NCBI RefSeq assembly: GCF_009834535.1
Contig: NC_045697.1
Location: 84,074,001-84,138,000, forward strand
Direction of reading: 5' to 3'
Source of the DNA: Camelus ferus
Lineage: Eukaryota
DNA: 64,000 bases
Numbering within the stretch: the first letter of the stretch is position 1; every line of letters starts with the position of its first letter. A model generated the notes under the pieces. That model ran no database searches. It was not told the DNA's origin and worked only from the letters and a program-made list of their open reading frames with translations. This document shows, piece after piece, positions 10,992 to 24,515 of the stretch. Both the position numbers and the translations under genes were made by a program.

Positions 10992-13900
10992 ATATTACTT
11001 TCTTCTTTACCTGTTCAATGTACATATTTGAAAAAAAAAAAAAACTTCCCTGTATGAGCTGTTCTGACCTAAGTCATTTCTCTGATATTTCTCTTATATT
11101 GCCCTGTAAACATCTGAATTTCTTTTTTGTGAGCATTTCCATTTTTCTGTGCATTGTAAAACTGCAAGTCGTAAGTATTTCTGTGACATACAGAGAAGAG
11201 GTAAGTCAGCTACAGAACAGTGGGGCTGATTCTTCTGCTGTTTCTCTGGAAAATCTTCCATTGCCTTTGGTGGCAATTTACCTAGAGGTTAGAACCACAG
11301 GATCTAGCTTGGTCCCTTATTTGCCTTTTGGGGAAATCAGTTAGGAAGATTCATCTAGGATAAAGGAAAAAGCAATCTATCCATTATACAATACTACTGT
11401 TTGTGTGACTTGTTCTCTACAAAGAAAGTCTGCTGAATGCTGTATATTTTGCATTCTTTTCTAACTGAACAACCAAAAAGGGCATATTAAGGCAAAGCAG
11501 GAAAGAAGATCATTTTTATAATGCACTTTTAACATAGTATTATAGGGGGCAGACAATGGAACACAAGGTAGTCAATTTGAGATCATTAGTTCAAAAGTAG
11601 CCAAGGGTGGTATTGACCCACAAGTATTCCCAGTTGTCCAGTGGTTTGTGGTATGTAGGAATGAGAAATGTTTTTACCTATTTCCTGTTGGAAGGTGGCC
11701 ATCTTAGCAGAGCCATTGTTTGGAGCTAATGACTAAAGATACACCTGATGTGACTGGGACTGTCATGGAGTTGTCAAAAAGCTAAGAAACATGTCAGGCA
11801 TGTAGTCAGAGCACCCGCAACTTCAACTGGGAGCTGGTAGCATAGGTCTCATCTTGTACCATACAGTCCCAAATTATGGAAAAAGTGTGAGAATCCTCCA
11901 AAATTGTATCCACGGCAGAGTCTAACCTCACCCTGTGGGATGAGGGTGTTGGAGGGAGAAGGACTAAGCCAGCTCCCTGGAGTGAGAGGAATTACTTTGC
12001 ATCTTCTCCCCAACCAGGGAGCCCACTGGGAAACTGCATGCAAAATAAGCTTTCCACCTTTCCGGCTGGAGTTATGGAAATGATGTCAGTGTGGCAGGTG
12101 GGAGACTTAGAACTCACGACCTCAGCTTCCTTCCCACTGGGCACCCTTCGCAGTCTGTGTATTGTTGGTTTTGTTGTGGTGGCAGATGTTTGGATTGGCT
12201 GGTTTGAGAGTATGATGAAGCAGTTTTTGTTTAGTTTTTAGGATCTTGCCTTTTCCCTTGTCCTTTGTTAGCTTAATTTCTAGGCAGAGCATTTATGAAG
12301 TCAAGTTTTCATTGTCAACACAATAGCATTGATCATTTATTGAGTGCTTATGTTATGTTAGGTGCCTTATGTACATTATTCCAAGGAATCCACTGCATGG
12401 TTTACAAGCACTGGAATGTAAAATAAAAAGTAATCACAGTCACTGACTTACTACACGACCATATGCAAATTTCTTTCCACCAGTTTCCCCTAATGCTGTC
12501 TCAAACCTCTCTTCCTAGAATGTTGTGCCATAATGAGTATGCACAACACTAGATATTCTAGGAAGACAGGTGCTATGTAAATACAAGTACACGTATTCCT
12601 CTCAGTCTTATAGGAGGGCAGATTAAATCACAGAACTGGTAAGACTGAGAATCTGAGCATTGCCACTTTAATCTTAGAACAGTCACAGTTTTATTTCTAA
12701 TATTTCAATAGTAAACACATTCTGCTCTGAGAGAGGAAAAATCACACTTTCTGGATTTTAGGCTATTCCTTGACAGTAAAAAGCACAAGTTTTTAGGGAT
12801 ATATTTTATAAGGCACATTTGGGTTGTCATTCTGGAACACCAAAAAGTTTGTACTTCAAAGTATATCTAGTATGATTGCTAATGATGACATGTATCTCAT
12901 TTTATCTTCACAAGAAGCAACTTATTTTAACTGATTTGTGTTAACAGTAGTTCCTAAAAGGGAGCCAAGGTTCTTTTACTTTTCTAGATAGTGCTAGCCC
13001 CTTTCAAGAAGTGAATTTCATAGGGCAACTGAATATTATCACACAGCTGAATTCAAGCCTGGCAGCAAGAGTCACATCTAAGATGTCAAAAACAAGTGAT
13101 CTAAATTTAATAGGACTAACATTTGTGGGACCATTGTTTTGCTTATAGTTACTACCTTAAAAAACTTTGAAGGTCGTTTGCTGCTGACAGGCATCTCAAA
13201 CACTCTGACTGCAGTACTTTCACAGAAGCCTCAAGAGCACAAGAAGACACATAGCTGTTAGTGTCTGAGTTTGGATTTAATCTTTCAGACAAAAGCCCCT
13301 TGCTGTGTATCATTTCATCCAGTTATACATTTAAGAATCTGCAAGCATCCATATTCTAAGGGTGAGTTCCTGAAATCCATTGCTGTTTTATGAGTCACCA
13401 CTGGCCTGGCAGGAAGGGTATTTGAAGTCATGGTCATCAAAAAGAAGTGATTGTTTTCTGAAAAGCTAAATGCTTAAAATGCTTCCAAAGGGAAACAGTG
13501 GGCTGTGTGCTCATTCCCTCCTAAGATCAGAGTTGTTGAGTTTGTTTTAAAAATTGTTAAAAGTTCATGAGAAAAATATGTAAATTCTAAAAGCCAACAT
13601 TATATTCCCAGAAGCACTGACCCTCGCTGGTCTCACGTCCCCTTATCATTGTACTCTGGGGGACACAAAGACTCGTGTAACACTTCAGTGCAGCTGAGTC
13701 TGTCAACAAGTATTCTGGGAAAAAGCAGAATCGAATTCTTCTCTAGACTTCCCACCAGGATTGGCCAAAGGCCATAAAGCAAACTAGTAAATTCCCACAG
13801 GACGCAAAGACTAGGCAAAATTGCTAAAAGATGCCAGCCTGGATTAAAAAAAAAAAAGTTAAAAAAATTGTAGGCCATCCCATGGAGCATCAGGCCAATA

Positions 13901-14337
13901 AAAACCAGAAGTCCCCAAATCAGACTATCCGCTCCTGGATGCTATCAGGTGCAGCCAGTTTCTTAAATTAAGTAAAAAAAAAAGAATGTTTCTATGGTAT
14001 GTATGTTTCTACACTGAATTACTGTTTGGCACTTGGAAATCACAGAACTTACTACTCAGAGGCAAATGAATGAACAGAAATTTAATTTGAAATATCAAAT
14101 CCCGTCAGACATTCCTCAGACTCCTGATTTAATCAGAGGTTTGCCAGCTAATAAAGTATTTCTCAAGTATAAAGAAAGTTAGACTTCCACAGGGTCCTAG
14201 TGTTAAAATAATTGTTACTGATACATAAGATTTCTTAAATTTTCATTTTTGGTTCTAAATGTAAAGCTCCGCATGTTTACCTCTGTTTATACCTCATTCT
14301 TGACATGTTTATCTAAATAACGTGTGCTTTATGACTG

Positions 14338-14416
14338 GTGAAATATACATTCAGGGTCCCTAATAAAAATAATCACAAGGACCTACTTTCCAGCCTATCC
14401 TTTTTCCACTACCTAA
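14338..14416 (+). pseudogene. SYNPO2: Degenerate counterpart of the human SYNPO2 short alternative last exon (VK...IIRTYFPAYLSST)
   Basis: GTGAAA...ATCACAAGGACCTACTTTCCAGCCTATCCTTTTTCCACTACCTAA = VK...ITRTYFPAYPFSTT*. Preceded by CTG rather than AG, and the VK and RTYFPAY parts are 40 nt apart (out of frame). Confidence 0.55.
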
Positions 14417-14687
14417 TAATAAAAATAATAATACTTAAAATAATAATAACCTTCAAATGTACCATGGAGGAATCCTGCTTTCACAGCCCCTACTTCTTGA
14501 GCTCCTTGATAACTATTAATGATTTATTCATGGATACAAAGAACTGCAATTAGCTCTAAGTTTAAAAGAAATGCACATTTTAGGAATAAACTGAGAAAAT
14601 TTTTCTTCTTGGAAGTAACTATCAAAAAGCAATAGTGTTTTGTTTTGTTCTTCAGGAGACATTTTAGAACTTAGGAATCTTTGATAT

Positions 14688-14758
14688 CCTTATTTGGTGG
14701 AATAATCTGTTTTCAAGACTACCCAAAGGCCTTTAGTCAAGATCTGGTCCAAATTAGG
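14688..14758. promoter_or_regulatory. Paired consensus CArG boxes
   Basis: CCTTATTTGG (14688-14697) and CCAAATTAGG (14749-14758). Confidence 0.5.
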
Positions 14759-14978
14759 ATCATAGGTGTGGGGATGGAAGCTATGGCAGCCTTTCAAACA
14801 ACCCCGTGAGAGCTGAGGAAAAGGCTGGAGGTGGGGTGGGGAGTTGCTTACTAAGTTTCTACTAAAAGCCAGGAACTGTGTTAAATACTTTCCGTAAGTT
14901 ATAACAATAGCTAACGTTGACTGAGCATAAACTGTGGGCTCTAAATTGTGCCAAGTATCTTCATAGATTAGCGCTCTG

Positions 14979-15293
14979 TTTTTTTAATGGAGATAATAAC
15001 TGACAGGTGTACAACATAATGATTCAATACTAGTATATATTGCAAATTGATCACCACAATAAGTCTAGCTAACATCTATCATCACACAGAGTTACAAATT
15101 TCTTTTTCTTGTGATGTGAACTTTTAAGATCTACTCTCTTAGCAACTTTCAAATATACAATACAGTATTGTTAACTATAGGAGCCGTGCTGTACATTACA
15201 TCCCTGGGACTTATAACTGAAATGGGTGAAGGTGTACCTTTTGAACGCTTTCACCCATTTTTCTCACCCTCACCCCCACCCCTCTGGCAATCA
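14979..15293 (-). mobile_element. L1 3' end (L1MA-like) inserted into a MIR
   Basis: Poly-T followed by 'aagatctactctcttagcaactttcaaatatacaatacagtattgttaactata'. MIR-like halves flank it (~14905-14970 and ~15300-15470). Confidence 0.8.
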
Positions 15294-15479
15294 TTATAGG
15301 TTAAGTTTTAAAATCAGTACTCCCTATGAGATAGGTACCATCATTATCCTCAGTTTATAGGTTATAGATGAGATTCTGAGGCACAAAGAGGCTGAATATC
15401 TTACCCAAGATTGCACAGTATTAAATAGTGGACCCTGGATTCAGTATGGATCTACACCCTTAACCAATTATACTATGAT

Positions 15480-15640
15480 TTCATTTACTCCTCAGGATTA
15501 CCCTGGAAGTGAAGGTATTATTTCCATTTTGCAGACAAGGTATCTGAAGCTCAGAGAGGCAAACAACTTGTCTGACAATCACTAAGCTTGTAAGAAGTGG
15601 GCTAGGGTTGGACCTAGATATTTGTCTGACATTGAAACCT
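15480..15640 (-). mobile_element. MIR SINE
   Basis: Antisense MIR core 'ccattttgcagacaagg...tgaagctcagagagg'. Confidence 0.7.
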
Positions 15641-16659
15641 TCAGTACTACATGGTTTCCACAGTCTCATTAGACCCCAGAACCCTACTCCCTGAGACCTG
15701 GTAATTGTGTGTTCACCAAACTATCCACCAAGAGCCTACTCTGAATATGCTTTATGGATGGCTTTGACCATGTTTAGTGACTTTAGAAAGGACTCCACTA
15801 CTTTCGTAAGATTGCTCATAAAGTCAGATGCTATGATAGGACGTTTGAAGTGAAAACCAATCTCTGAAATAGAAGCATCTGTTTTATAAGTAGAACTGAT
15901 GGATTTGACAGTGATTTTGTATGAGTTCCCCAAATTCTTTCATTTTCTTATTTCAGGATGGAAAGTTGATATTCACGGGCTGGGGTGGGGAGGAATGTCA
16001 TTAAAAAAAAAAAAAAGCAAAAGGAAAGGCTCTACAGAAAAGGATGTGCTCCCCTTGGCCTTGGCTTCATGCCTTTCTGACTAAAGGTAATTCAGGGAAC
16101 TTTCTTATCAAGTAGTGCATCAGCACCCAGCTTGGCTTGCTACTAAACCCAGAATAACTGGAGACATTTCAACAAGAATAATTCTAAGCAGAATAATACT
16201 GAGCAAGTCACAAGGTTTCAGTGTTTCAAAATATATCTAAAAAGTAGTTGTCACTGGAATCTTAGAGTCCCATGAAGTCTCTCCTGGCTGAGTTACATCC
16301 ATCCAGGACATGCACGAGGCCACAAATCTTTCCAGCCGCAAATCTCTCCTCTCACAATGTGCTCAATGGAAGGTTTCTCAACAGTTATTTTTGTCAAAGA
16401 CTTCCCAGAAAGAACATTTTTATACCTTATTTTTTCCCAGTAGTTTTTTTTTCCCCTTAAACTATATCTCATTGTTATTTTGAAAACATCTGAGGAACTA
16501 GTGTAGTGGATTCTAAACATGGGATTTGAACATTCCCATCACTAACATCAAGGAGAGAAGATGTTAACTTCTAAGTTACTTGTAGAGCCCCTCATTGTAT
16601 TTGCAGAGCCTCACTGCCTTAATTTAAAATCACAGAGCCACCAATATAGTGATAATCAT

Positions 16660-16880
16660 GAGGGCTTACTCTATGTTGGGTGCCTAAATACTAAACAAGT
16701 ACTTAACAAATGTTAACTTTTTAGTCATCACAAAATGACTAGCATATGAAGAAGGTACCATTATCATTCTACTTTACAGATGAGAAACACTATAGTAAAG
16801 AAAAGTTAAGGAACTTGTCTAAAGTGATAGGACTAACAGTCAGACTCCAGAGCCATTCTCTAATCACTAGGCTACTTTAC
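16660..16880 (-). mobile_element. MIR SINE
   Basis: 'ttacagatgagaaacac...gttaaggaacttgtctaaagt'. Confidence 0.65.
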
Positions 16881-17485
16881 CTCCCCTGATCACAAGAAGA
16901 CAGAGGTCACATATGAAAGGAATTGTGCATCAAAGGCCATAAACTTTACAGACTGTCTCAGAAATAACTCAATAGTTACTTTAAACCTTCTAAATCAAAG
17001 CAAGAAATGTTAAAAACTTCTTAGACTTTGGTAGCCCCAAATGATAGACACTTATAAACATGTACAAGGGGAAGGGAAAAGCTATAGTTTTTATTTCTGT
17101 CAGCCTATTTGCGTATAGTATAGACTCAAATGGTGGGGGATCCTAACATTTTGCTAGTTACCATTAAATGAATACTCGTGATGCATTAGACCAAACTCCC
17201 CAAACACCCACTTCTTGCCAACTAGCATCATATATTACTACAGCTGTGCTAATGTACACCAGGTAAATTAAGGTAAAAAGAATAGTGATGAGGAGGAAGT
17301 CCTCAAATTTGCAATTCTACAATAATGCAGAAATATGTATCTACAAATATTTAAATTAAAAAAAAAAACATGATTTGGTTTAGGGGACACAAAAGGTAAC
17401 CACTTCTCAAATGAAGTTCACCTATGGTTAGGTGAGACAATGCATGTAAACACCAAGCTCACAGAGGCAACACTTTATAGTGGGT

Positions 17486-17720
17486 GAGCACGTGGACTTG
17501 GGCCAAATTGCCTGCAGCTAAATCCCAGGTTGCCTTTTGCTGGTTGGGAGACTTTAGGCAAATGATTCAGCCTCTCCGTGCCTCAGTACCCTCTGCTGTG
17601 AAATGGAGGAAATAACAGACGTAACTCGCAAGTTGTGAAGATTAAACAAAGCAGTATGTGTTATGTGTATAGAATTGTGCCTGGCACATAGAAAGCATGC
17701 AACATATGTTAGCTATTAAT
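17486..17720 (+). mobile_element. MIR SINE
   Basis: 'aggcaaatgattcagcctctccgtgcctcagt...gtgcctggcacatag...tgttagctatt'. Confidence 0.8.
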
Positions 17721-19371
17721 ATTCTTGTAAAGAGCACTCAGTAAACAATAGCTACTATTTCATAACTTGCAAGGAAGACGACATACATGGTAAACAAGTT
17801 TTTTGTTTTCTCTGTTAATATAAATCCCAGTTTGAAGGATCTAATAACAGAACTAAAACAGAAAAAGCAGAAGCACTGTCTGTATAAATCTCATATTGAC
17901 ACAAGGAATAATCTATCCACAGGATCTTTTACTGAGAGATCTTGGTTTATTGTTTTCGTCTTACTGAAAATTTATGTCTATATTCCTCTGTATTCAGCCT
18001 GTTGGTCAATTTTTTTCTTCTTTGTCTTCATCTATTATACTAGCATTGTTGTAGTAGTATATAAAGATGAGACCAGGATTCAAAAAGACTGGTACAATAT
18101 TTTTTACAAAAGAAACAATATCAGCTTTGAGACTCTTACTACAAAGGGGCTGTGTTCAATTCAAAGTACCAATATTAAATAGAATACATGTGGCACACTT
18201 GGTAACACAGAGAATTGTTATGGGGAAATGCTTGTAAATGAAATATACTCTCAAAATAGGATAATTGGTATCCTGAGCAGGGTTCTAGTGGGGCAGTTGA
18301 AGCTTAACCAGGCCTATCACGCAGAAAGTGGAACAGTTGTCAATCCAATCCCCAAGGCTACCCCAGATCAGGCCTGCAACAGTTGGGGCTCTGACAGAAC
18401 CTGGCTGGCCTCTGAAGGCACAGAAGACAGCTGTTCTTACCCCTCTTCCCCAACACTGTCCCAGGACAAAGGGTCAGCAACCTGGCTTTTTTAGAGTAAT
18501 TGATCCCCTTGCCTGAGACGCATGATCAGTTTCCAAAACCAGAAAGAGAGAAATCTCCCTCTGAACGGACCAAACTCCCAGCTCACAGGGCAAGTGCAGA
18601 AAAACAATTCTCAGAAGCTGAGTGACTGATGTAGGGAGGAACCTAAAATTCCAGCTGCCTTTCAAACCCAGGGAATTTTTATGGGTTTTCTGATACTTCT
18701 AAAATCCTTCTGAGTTAGAAGTCAGGACTGATCTTGAAGAGAGAAAAATCACAACAAGCTGAGATTCTGAAAATTTTATCTGAATCCAAAATTGCTTTTG
18801 TTTCAAAAACACTTAAATTGATACAGTTTAGTTTTCCTCTTGTGCCATTTAATTACCTTTTTCCTTAAAAAGTAAAAAAACAACTAGGTCTCTTTCTTGC
18901 ATTGGATTCATTCTTTTTTCTGCTAGCATATCTCAGATTGATAAAGAAGTGTTTACAAAACCATCTTCTAGATCTAAAAATCACTATGGAATAGGCTGGA
19001 CTGATACAAATAAAAGACTAATTTAAAGTATACCAACTCTAACACAGTTAGAGGTTTTATTTTTTCATCACACTCAGAGTTTATTGATAGTCTGGCCCAC
19101 TGGACTAGTTGTTAATGCTTATCAGATGGTGCCAATTATAATTCTTCATATAAACCCAACATGGGCTAAATAGATTTTGAATTCTACATTATGAAATATC
19201 CAGCAAAATGTCACAATTCATTTTGGGTGGTATTATTGAAATAGAGAGCAAAGTAAAATATATCACCTAGAACTTTTTATTTTAATTTTACACTTCAATT
19301 CACCAATTAATACTATTTCATTTACATACAGTGATTTAGTATTAGCAAACTATTGCCTTCACAGTATCCTG

Positions 19372-19533
19372 ACAGTTTTCCAAATTTTGTTCCCAGGAGA
19401 AAATTAAGATTTCCCCTTGCTCCCAGGGAAATTCTGATTTAGTATCTCTGGGTGGGGCCTAGTTGTTTTCGTAACATACACCCCAGGTGATTCTGATGCT
19501 AACGGGTTGTGAACCAACACTTTGAAAACCACT
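19372..19533. mobile_element. MER5-like hAT-Charlie DNA transposon fragment
   Basis: 'attctgatttagta...gggtggggcct...ccccaggtgattctgatgc...cactttgaaaaccact'. Confidence 0.65.
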
Positions 19534-20689
19534 TTTCTAACACACAAAACACTGAGGTCAACTTTATTCTTTAAAACCCATAAATAGTTCCTAGTTCATC
19601 CAGTCAGGGACAGCCAGACTTGTAAACAGCACCTGCTTGCAAAAGCTCTTGCTGCCTTGTCTTGAGATAGGAACAGGACCTAAAGCTCTGATCTTGACTT
19701 TACTCTAAAGGCCCACGAGATGGCAGCAAACTCTCCTGCTGCAGTGCTTCACAGGCAGCCATTCTAAAACGTGCTGCAAATAATTTGTTTTGAACAGTCT
19801 TTTAAATTTATTTTTCAAATAGAAGAATAAAGAGGGTCTTGAGATGTGAGTTTATCTGACCCCCTGCTTCTCATCGAGGCTGAGAATAAATATTTCTAGG
19901 AATAGAATGCTACATCTTTATCATCTAGAGAAGAGATGGTACAAAGTTCCTCTGCTGATTTTTCTTATCCCTAGGGAAAGGGATTGCATGACTTCCCTTG
20001 GCCGTAGGGCAGTAGAATCTCTTATCTCCAATCAAAAATGCTCTAACTAATAACAAACTTACATCTCTCTGGCAGTAATCAAAACATTCTTATTTTGGTA
20101 TCTAAGCTAAAGGAGAATTTTGAACTTTGAATGCTAATTAGCTTTTAAAAATGAAAACAAACATGACTGTAAAATCTTCAAAACTAAAAAGAAGTCTGTG
20201 TACTTTATGGATCACAGGGAAAGACCCCAGTATTTTTGTTTCTCCTTAACATTAAAACGATCAAATTGTATGATGGATTGACAAAATGCCAAATCAGTCA
20301 GAGGCTGATTTTAAACATTAGAAGAGTGTACAGAACAAAGGGATAGGTAAACCCAATGAGTAGCAGCTTTGATCCCAACAAGAGTATTATTTTCAGACTT
20401 TTGATGCACTAAAGTTTATTTCTAAAACAAAGGATGGTGATATGTCTGGAAGTTCTGTAATATGAGATATACGTTTGTATATTTAGCAGTAGGAGGAGAA
20501 AAGACTAAAAGGAGATAGGAGAGCTGGATATTTGAGGAGCTTTGGTGTAGTTAAGAGAGTAAAGGTCTTCACTGGTGGAAAAAACAAAAACAAAAAAACA
20601 GGACTAACAGCCATTTAGTCTTTACAAGACAGTACATTTCAGTTTAACTTAAGAAAACTTCAAAAACTTGCAGGAAAGGGATGGAGAAG

Positions 20690-20905
20690 GAACTAACATA
20701 TATACTAGATATATTAACAGTGTTAAGGGCTTTAATATGTGTATTTAATTTAATTCTCACAACAACTTTATTTGGTGGAAATTATCCTCAATTTTTTTTA
20801 ATTGATAAGGAAACTGAAGCTCAGAGAGGTTAAGAAAATTGCCGAAAGTCACCCAGCCAGAGGGCAGGAGACTCATCAGCTGAATCCAAGTTTTATCTGT
20901 TTTCA
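20690..20905 (-). mobile_element. MIR SINE
   Basis: 'gataaggaaactgaagctcagagaggttaagaaaattgccgaaagtcacccagc'. Confidence 0.8.
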
Positions 20906-23900
20906 TATCCTGTGCTTTTTTCATTGCAATCCCTATCAAGGTGTGTTGTAAAAGGAACTCCTGTACCTCATTGAAGCGTGACTGCAGGATCTCTAAAATG
21001 CCTTCCATCTCCAAGATTTTATACTTCTATGTATAAAATCTCCTTAAACACATTTAGGTTTTTAAGTTTTGTGAGTATTTTGATGCAGTTTAATGCTTTT
21101 TGAAAACCATGATCAGTTTAAAACCCAACAAGACAAAATTTGTTTGTTCCTTACCACTTCAATTCCAGAATATTTGAAGGAAAAATAGCTTACAATCAAA
21201 GACATAACTTTTCTGAGAGAAAAAGCAGAGCTTAGGAAGTTAGAGAATAATTTTTCTTTCCTTGAAGCCCTGACTAGAAGATTTACTTTGATTCCAGTGT
21301 CTGAAAAGTGTGGTCATAATTCTTCCCAACTATTCTTGAAACACATGCAGATACTTCTTGAGGATGGGGAACATTCTGAAACTCAGAGACATCTCTAGTC
21401 CTGGGACAGCCATTAGGCACCCTGGAGTAAAGTAAGAAAAGGGCTTGCAATGCTGTAAAGCAGAACTTCTAGTATCTTTTGCCTGTCGCTTCACCTGAAT
21501 TATTAGATCTTCATCCTTTGCTGTTAAAATGCACGTGTTTCATTTTATAAAATTATGTCAAATGTATTGTGCATTTATACAGAAAGCAATCTTTTACAAA
21601 AAGACATTTAGTATTTATCTTCTTTGCTTTCACTATTCAACTTCTGTTGTGTTGTCATTCTGCACCCCCCCCCCAACTTCTGTAATATACTACCTAGCAC
21701 TATCAACCATGGTCAAAGGCAACATCCTGTTTTGTGAATGGTGCATAGATGTTTAATTATCAATGTACCATGGGGATGCATTACATTGTCAGAATTTATT
21801 CTGTCTCATCTAGACTTCATTTTTTGCAAAAAAATAATATACTGGTCTAGACAACTAGTTGTAACATCAAAGTTGCATTTCATCTGGGACTATCTGACCC
21901 AGTGTTAAACTGTAGGGGATGTTCCCCCTCCCCTCCCCTCCTTCAGGCCCTTTAAATGAAAGAATTGGGAGATAAGTTTCCTCCTAGCTAAAACACACAA
22001 AAGCTCTAGCCTAGATCACTGGTGTGTGTGATTATGTGGTCAATGATCACTGATCTACTACTTACATTTTAAAAGGAATTTATCTTCATTAAATTTACCA
22101 ATACTGAAAGAAGCAAGATTAAGAACAAGGATGGAATGAGGGGAACAACCATTAACTGAAAAATATGCACACCACTATCAGAAAGTATCTCAAAATATTT
22201 AAGAAACAGATACAGATCTGAGGGGAACTTTTTCACTGGTGTAAGTAAGGAATCTTTTTACAAATAGATAAGCTCTGGATGTTTTGTTTCCATCCCTTCC
22301 CTAGCATTTTTCTTTTTTTAATGGATAGTTGCTTAAGAACTTCAGACATGCATATTACTGAAGGATCTCTTCTCTCAATCTCAAATGTATATTTTTGAGG
22401 GCCTAGACATTTTAGTACCTCAAGAAGAATTTATCTTTTATATTAGGCCAAGCCTACATATTCAAAGTGGCTTAGAGGGTTGATGAAGTGTTTGTAGCTG
22501 ATTCATAAAGATTTTTTGCTAATTCATCTATGCATTTGAATGAATCAATACTGAAAGTGAAACAATTGTTTAGTGACTGGATAGTCAATAACTACCTAAC
22601 ATCATATCAAAATGAAGGTGAATTTGGGAATGAGGAGTGGTCAGGGAAATAATAAGGAATGAGATCTTTTTGAATAAATGTGTGGCCCACGTAGCAAAAT
22701 TTGCTATAGTATTAATATGCAATGTTATGTCTAGATGATTATATATTGCTGTTTTGTAAGTGCAATAAGAAATCTATACCAATAGGAAAAGCTGTAATAA
22801 CAGCTAATGCCATGGGCAAAGTTAAATATTTGCTCTCTAATTTTAAAAGTTTGATTAAGTAGACACACTATCCTAATACCTCATGAGACGTCCCCTTGAA
22901 CCATTAATGGGATTACACATATACCTGGGATTAGTATTTTCAAGTGCAGTAAGTGCTTCTTATTTTGAAGAAATGTGTCTTGGGACACTTCTGATAAAAG
23001 ATGTTTCTGTTTTTCCCATTTGCATTTGAGAAGCACACCAGCAGGACTATCACTGTATACTCCTCTTTAATCTGTTTTCCCCCTTAGTTGTTCATTATCT
23101 GTTCATTTGAAAAACAATTAGTCATTTGAGAATCCCTTATACTTTATGGAATTCTTGTATCTCTAAAATGAAATGACATGTACGAAATTATTGTGTAAAT
23201 TCCCTCAGACAAGAAAGATATCGTTAAATAAAATGTGCTAGTTGTACCAGAGAGAGATGGCAAGGCAATTAAGCAAAATTTTTATCTACTCTGCACTTAA
23301 GAAAGCAAGTTGGTGATTCCCCAGATGAAGAGTTATATATTTTTTAGTCCTAATTTTAAACACCACTCTGGGGCCATGTTTTTAATGAAGGAAACATAAA
23401 TATGATTTGGCAGGAAATCTTAAATTTCCCAAGAACAGTAGGTTTAAACATTTTCCCTAGGGCCCAGGTTATGAGTCAAAGGATCTATTTAATAAGCTTA
23501 GAAACATAATGGATGGAAAACAGTTACAAAGAGTAAAAAAGTAAGTCATTTTCCTCATACTGTATTCTCTGCATCTTTATGAAATAATGTTGTCACATTT
23601 TGTATAGTTGTTGATTTGTCTCCATCATTACCATTAACCAGCTTGGATTTTCCAGTTTAAAAAAAAAAATTAGTTATGAGTTGTGACAGAAGGATTGCTT
23701 AAAAACCTGCCAGTAGGAGATCTGGAGAATGCAAAGGACCTAAGCAAGGTAGTTCCACAGCACCCACACATATCTTAAGAATTGTTCTTAATATCTTAAC
23801 TGATCAAATTTTCCTCTAAGACAGCAAAAGCCATTCTAGTTGGGAAACGAGTTGGTTTAAAGGGTATTAGCTCTTCTTCAAATAGCAGGCACGTAAGCTA

Positions 23901-24344
23901 TAAAAAATCTCTCTTATCTCCACTTTCCTTCTAGGGATAAATGCACATTCATGGTAACTTTTCTTTCTGTGAATGAGGAACAGAGAAGATGGTTGCCTGG
24001 ATTTGTTTCAGGAAAGAAAGGTGTTATTTCTATGTTCAAACCAGTTAAAGTAGACTTTCATAAAAATATACTTAAGTAAGGCTTTTTCTCAAGAATTACA
24101 ACAAATTAAAATGGCAATTCCTGCTATTTAAATAGAACACTGAATATTAATAGGGGTGTTTTCACAGGTTATCATTTTTAGAATGACATAATTCTTTTTT
24201 GAGGATAAAGAAAGGTGAGAGGGTAGAAATTGATGCTGTAGTAATTTCTTTACACTAACAGATATATGCCTTAAAATACATTATTTAGATAAAATTTTAT
24301 TATCTATGGTCTTAATTCTTCAATTTCCCTACACAAACACGAGT

Positions 24345-24515
24345 TGTGTGACTAGGTAAATTACCTAATTTCTATGCCTCAGTTTCCTTATTTGCAGAAA
24401 TTGGGGATTGTAGGATTGTTGGTGGGATTAAATGAGTTAATAGACAAAAAATAACTTAGAACTGTGACTAGTGCATAGTACAAGTTCTATACATTTCAGT
24501 TATTGTTATTATTGC
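24345..24515 (+). mobile_element. MIR SINE
   Basis: 'tgcctcagtttccttatttgcagaaattgggg...attaaatgagttaata'. Confidence 0.75.

Noticed and set aside
17787..18182. 131-aa ORF in the last intron
   Set aside because: AT-rich, low-complexity translation with no recognisable domain or exon structure.
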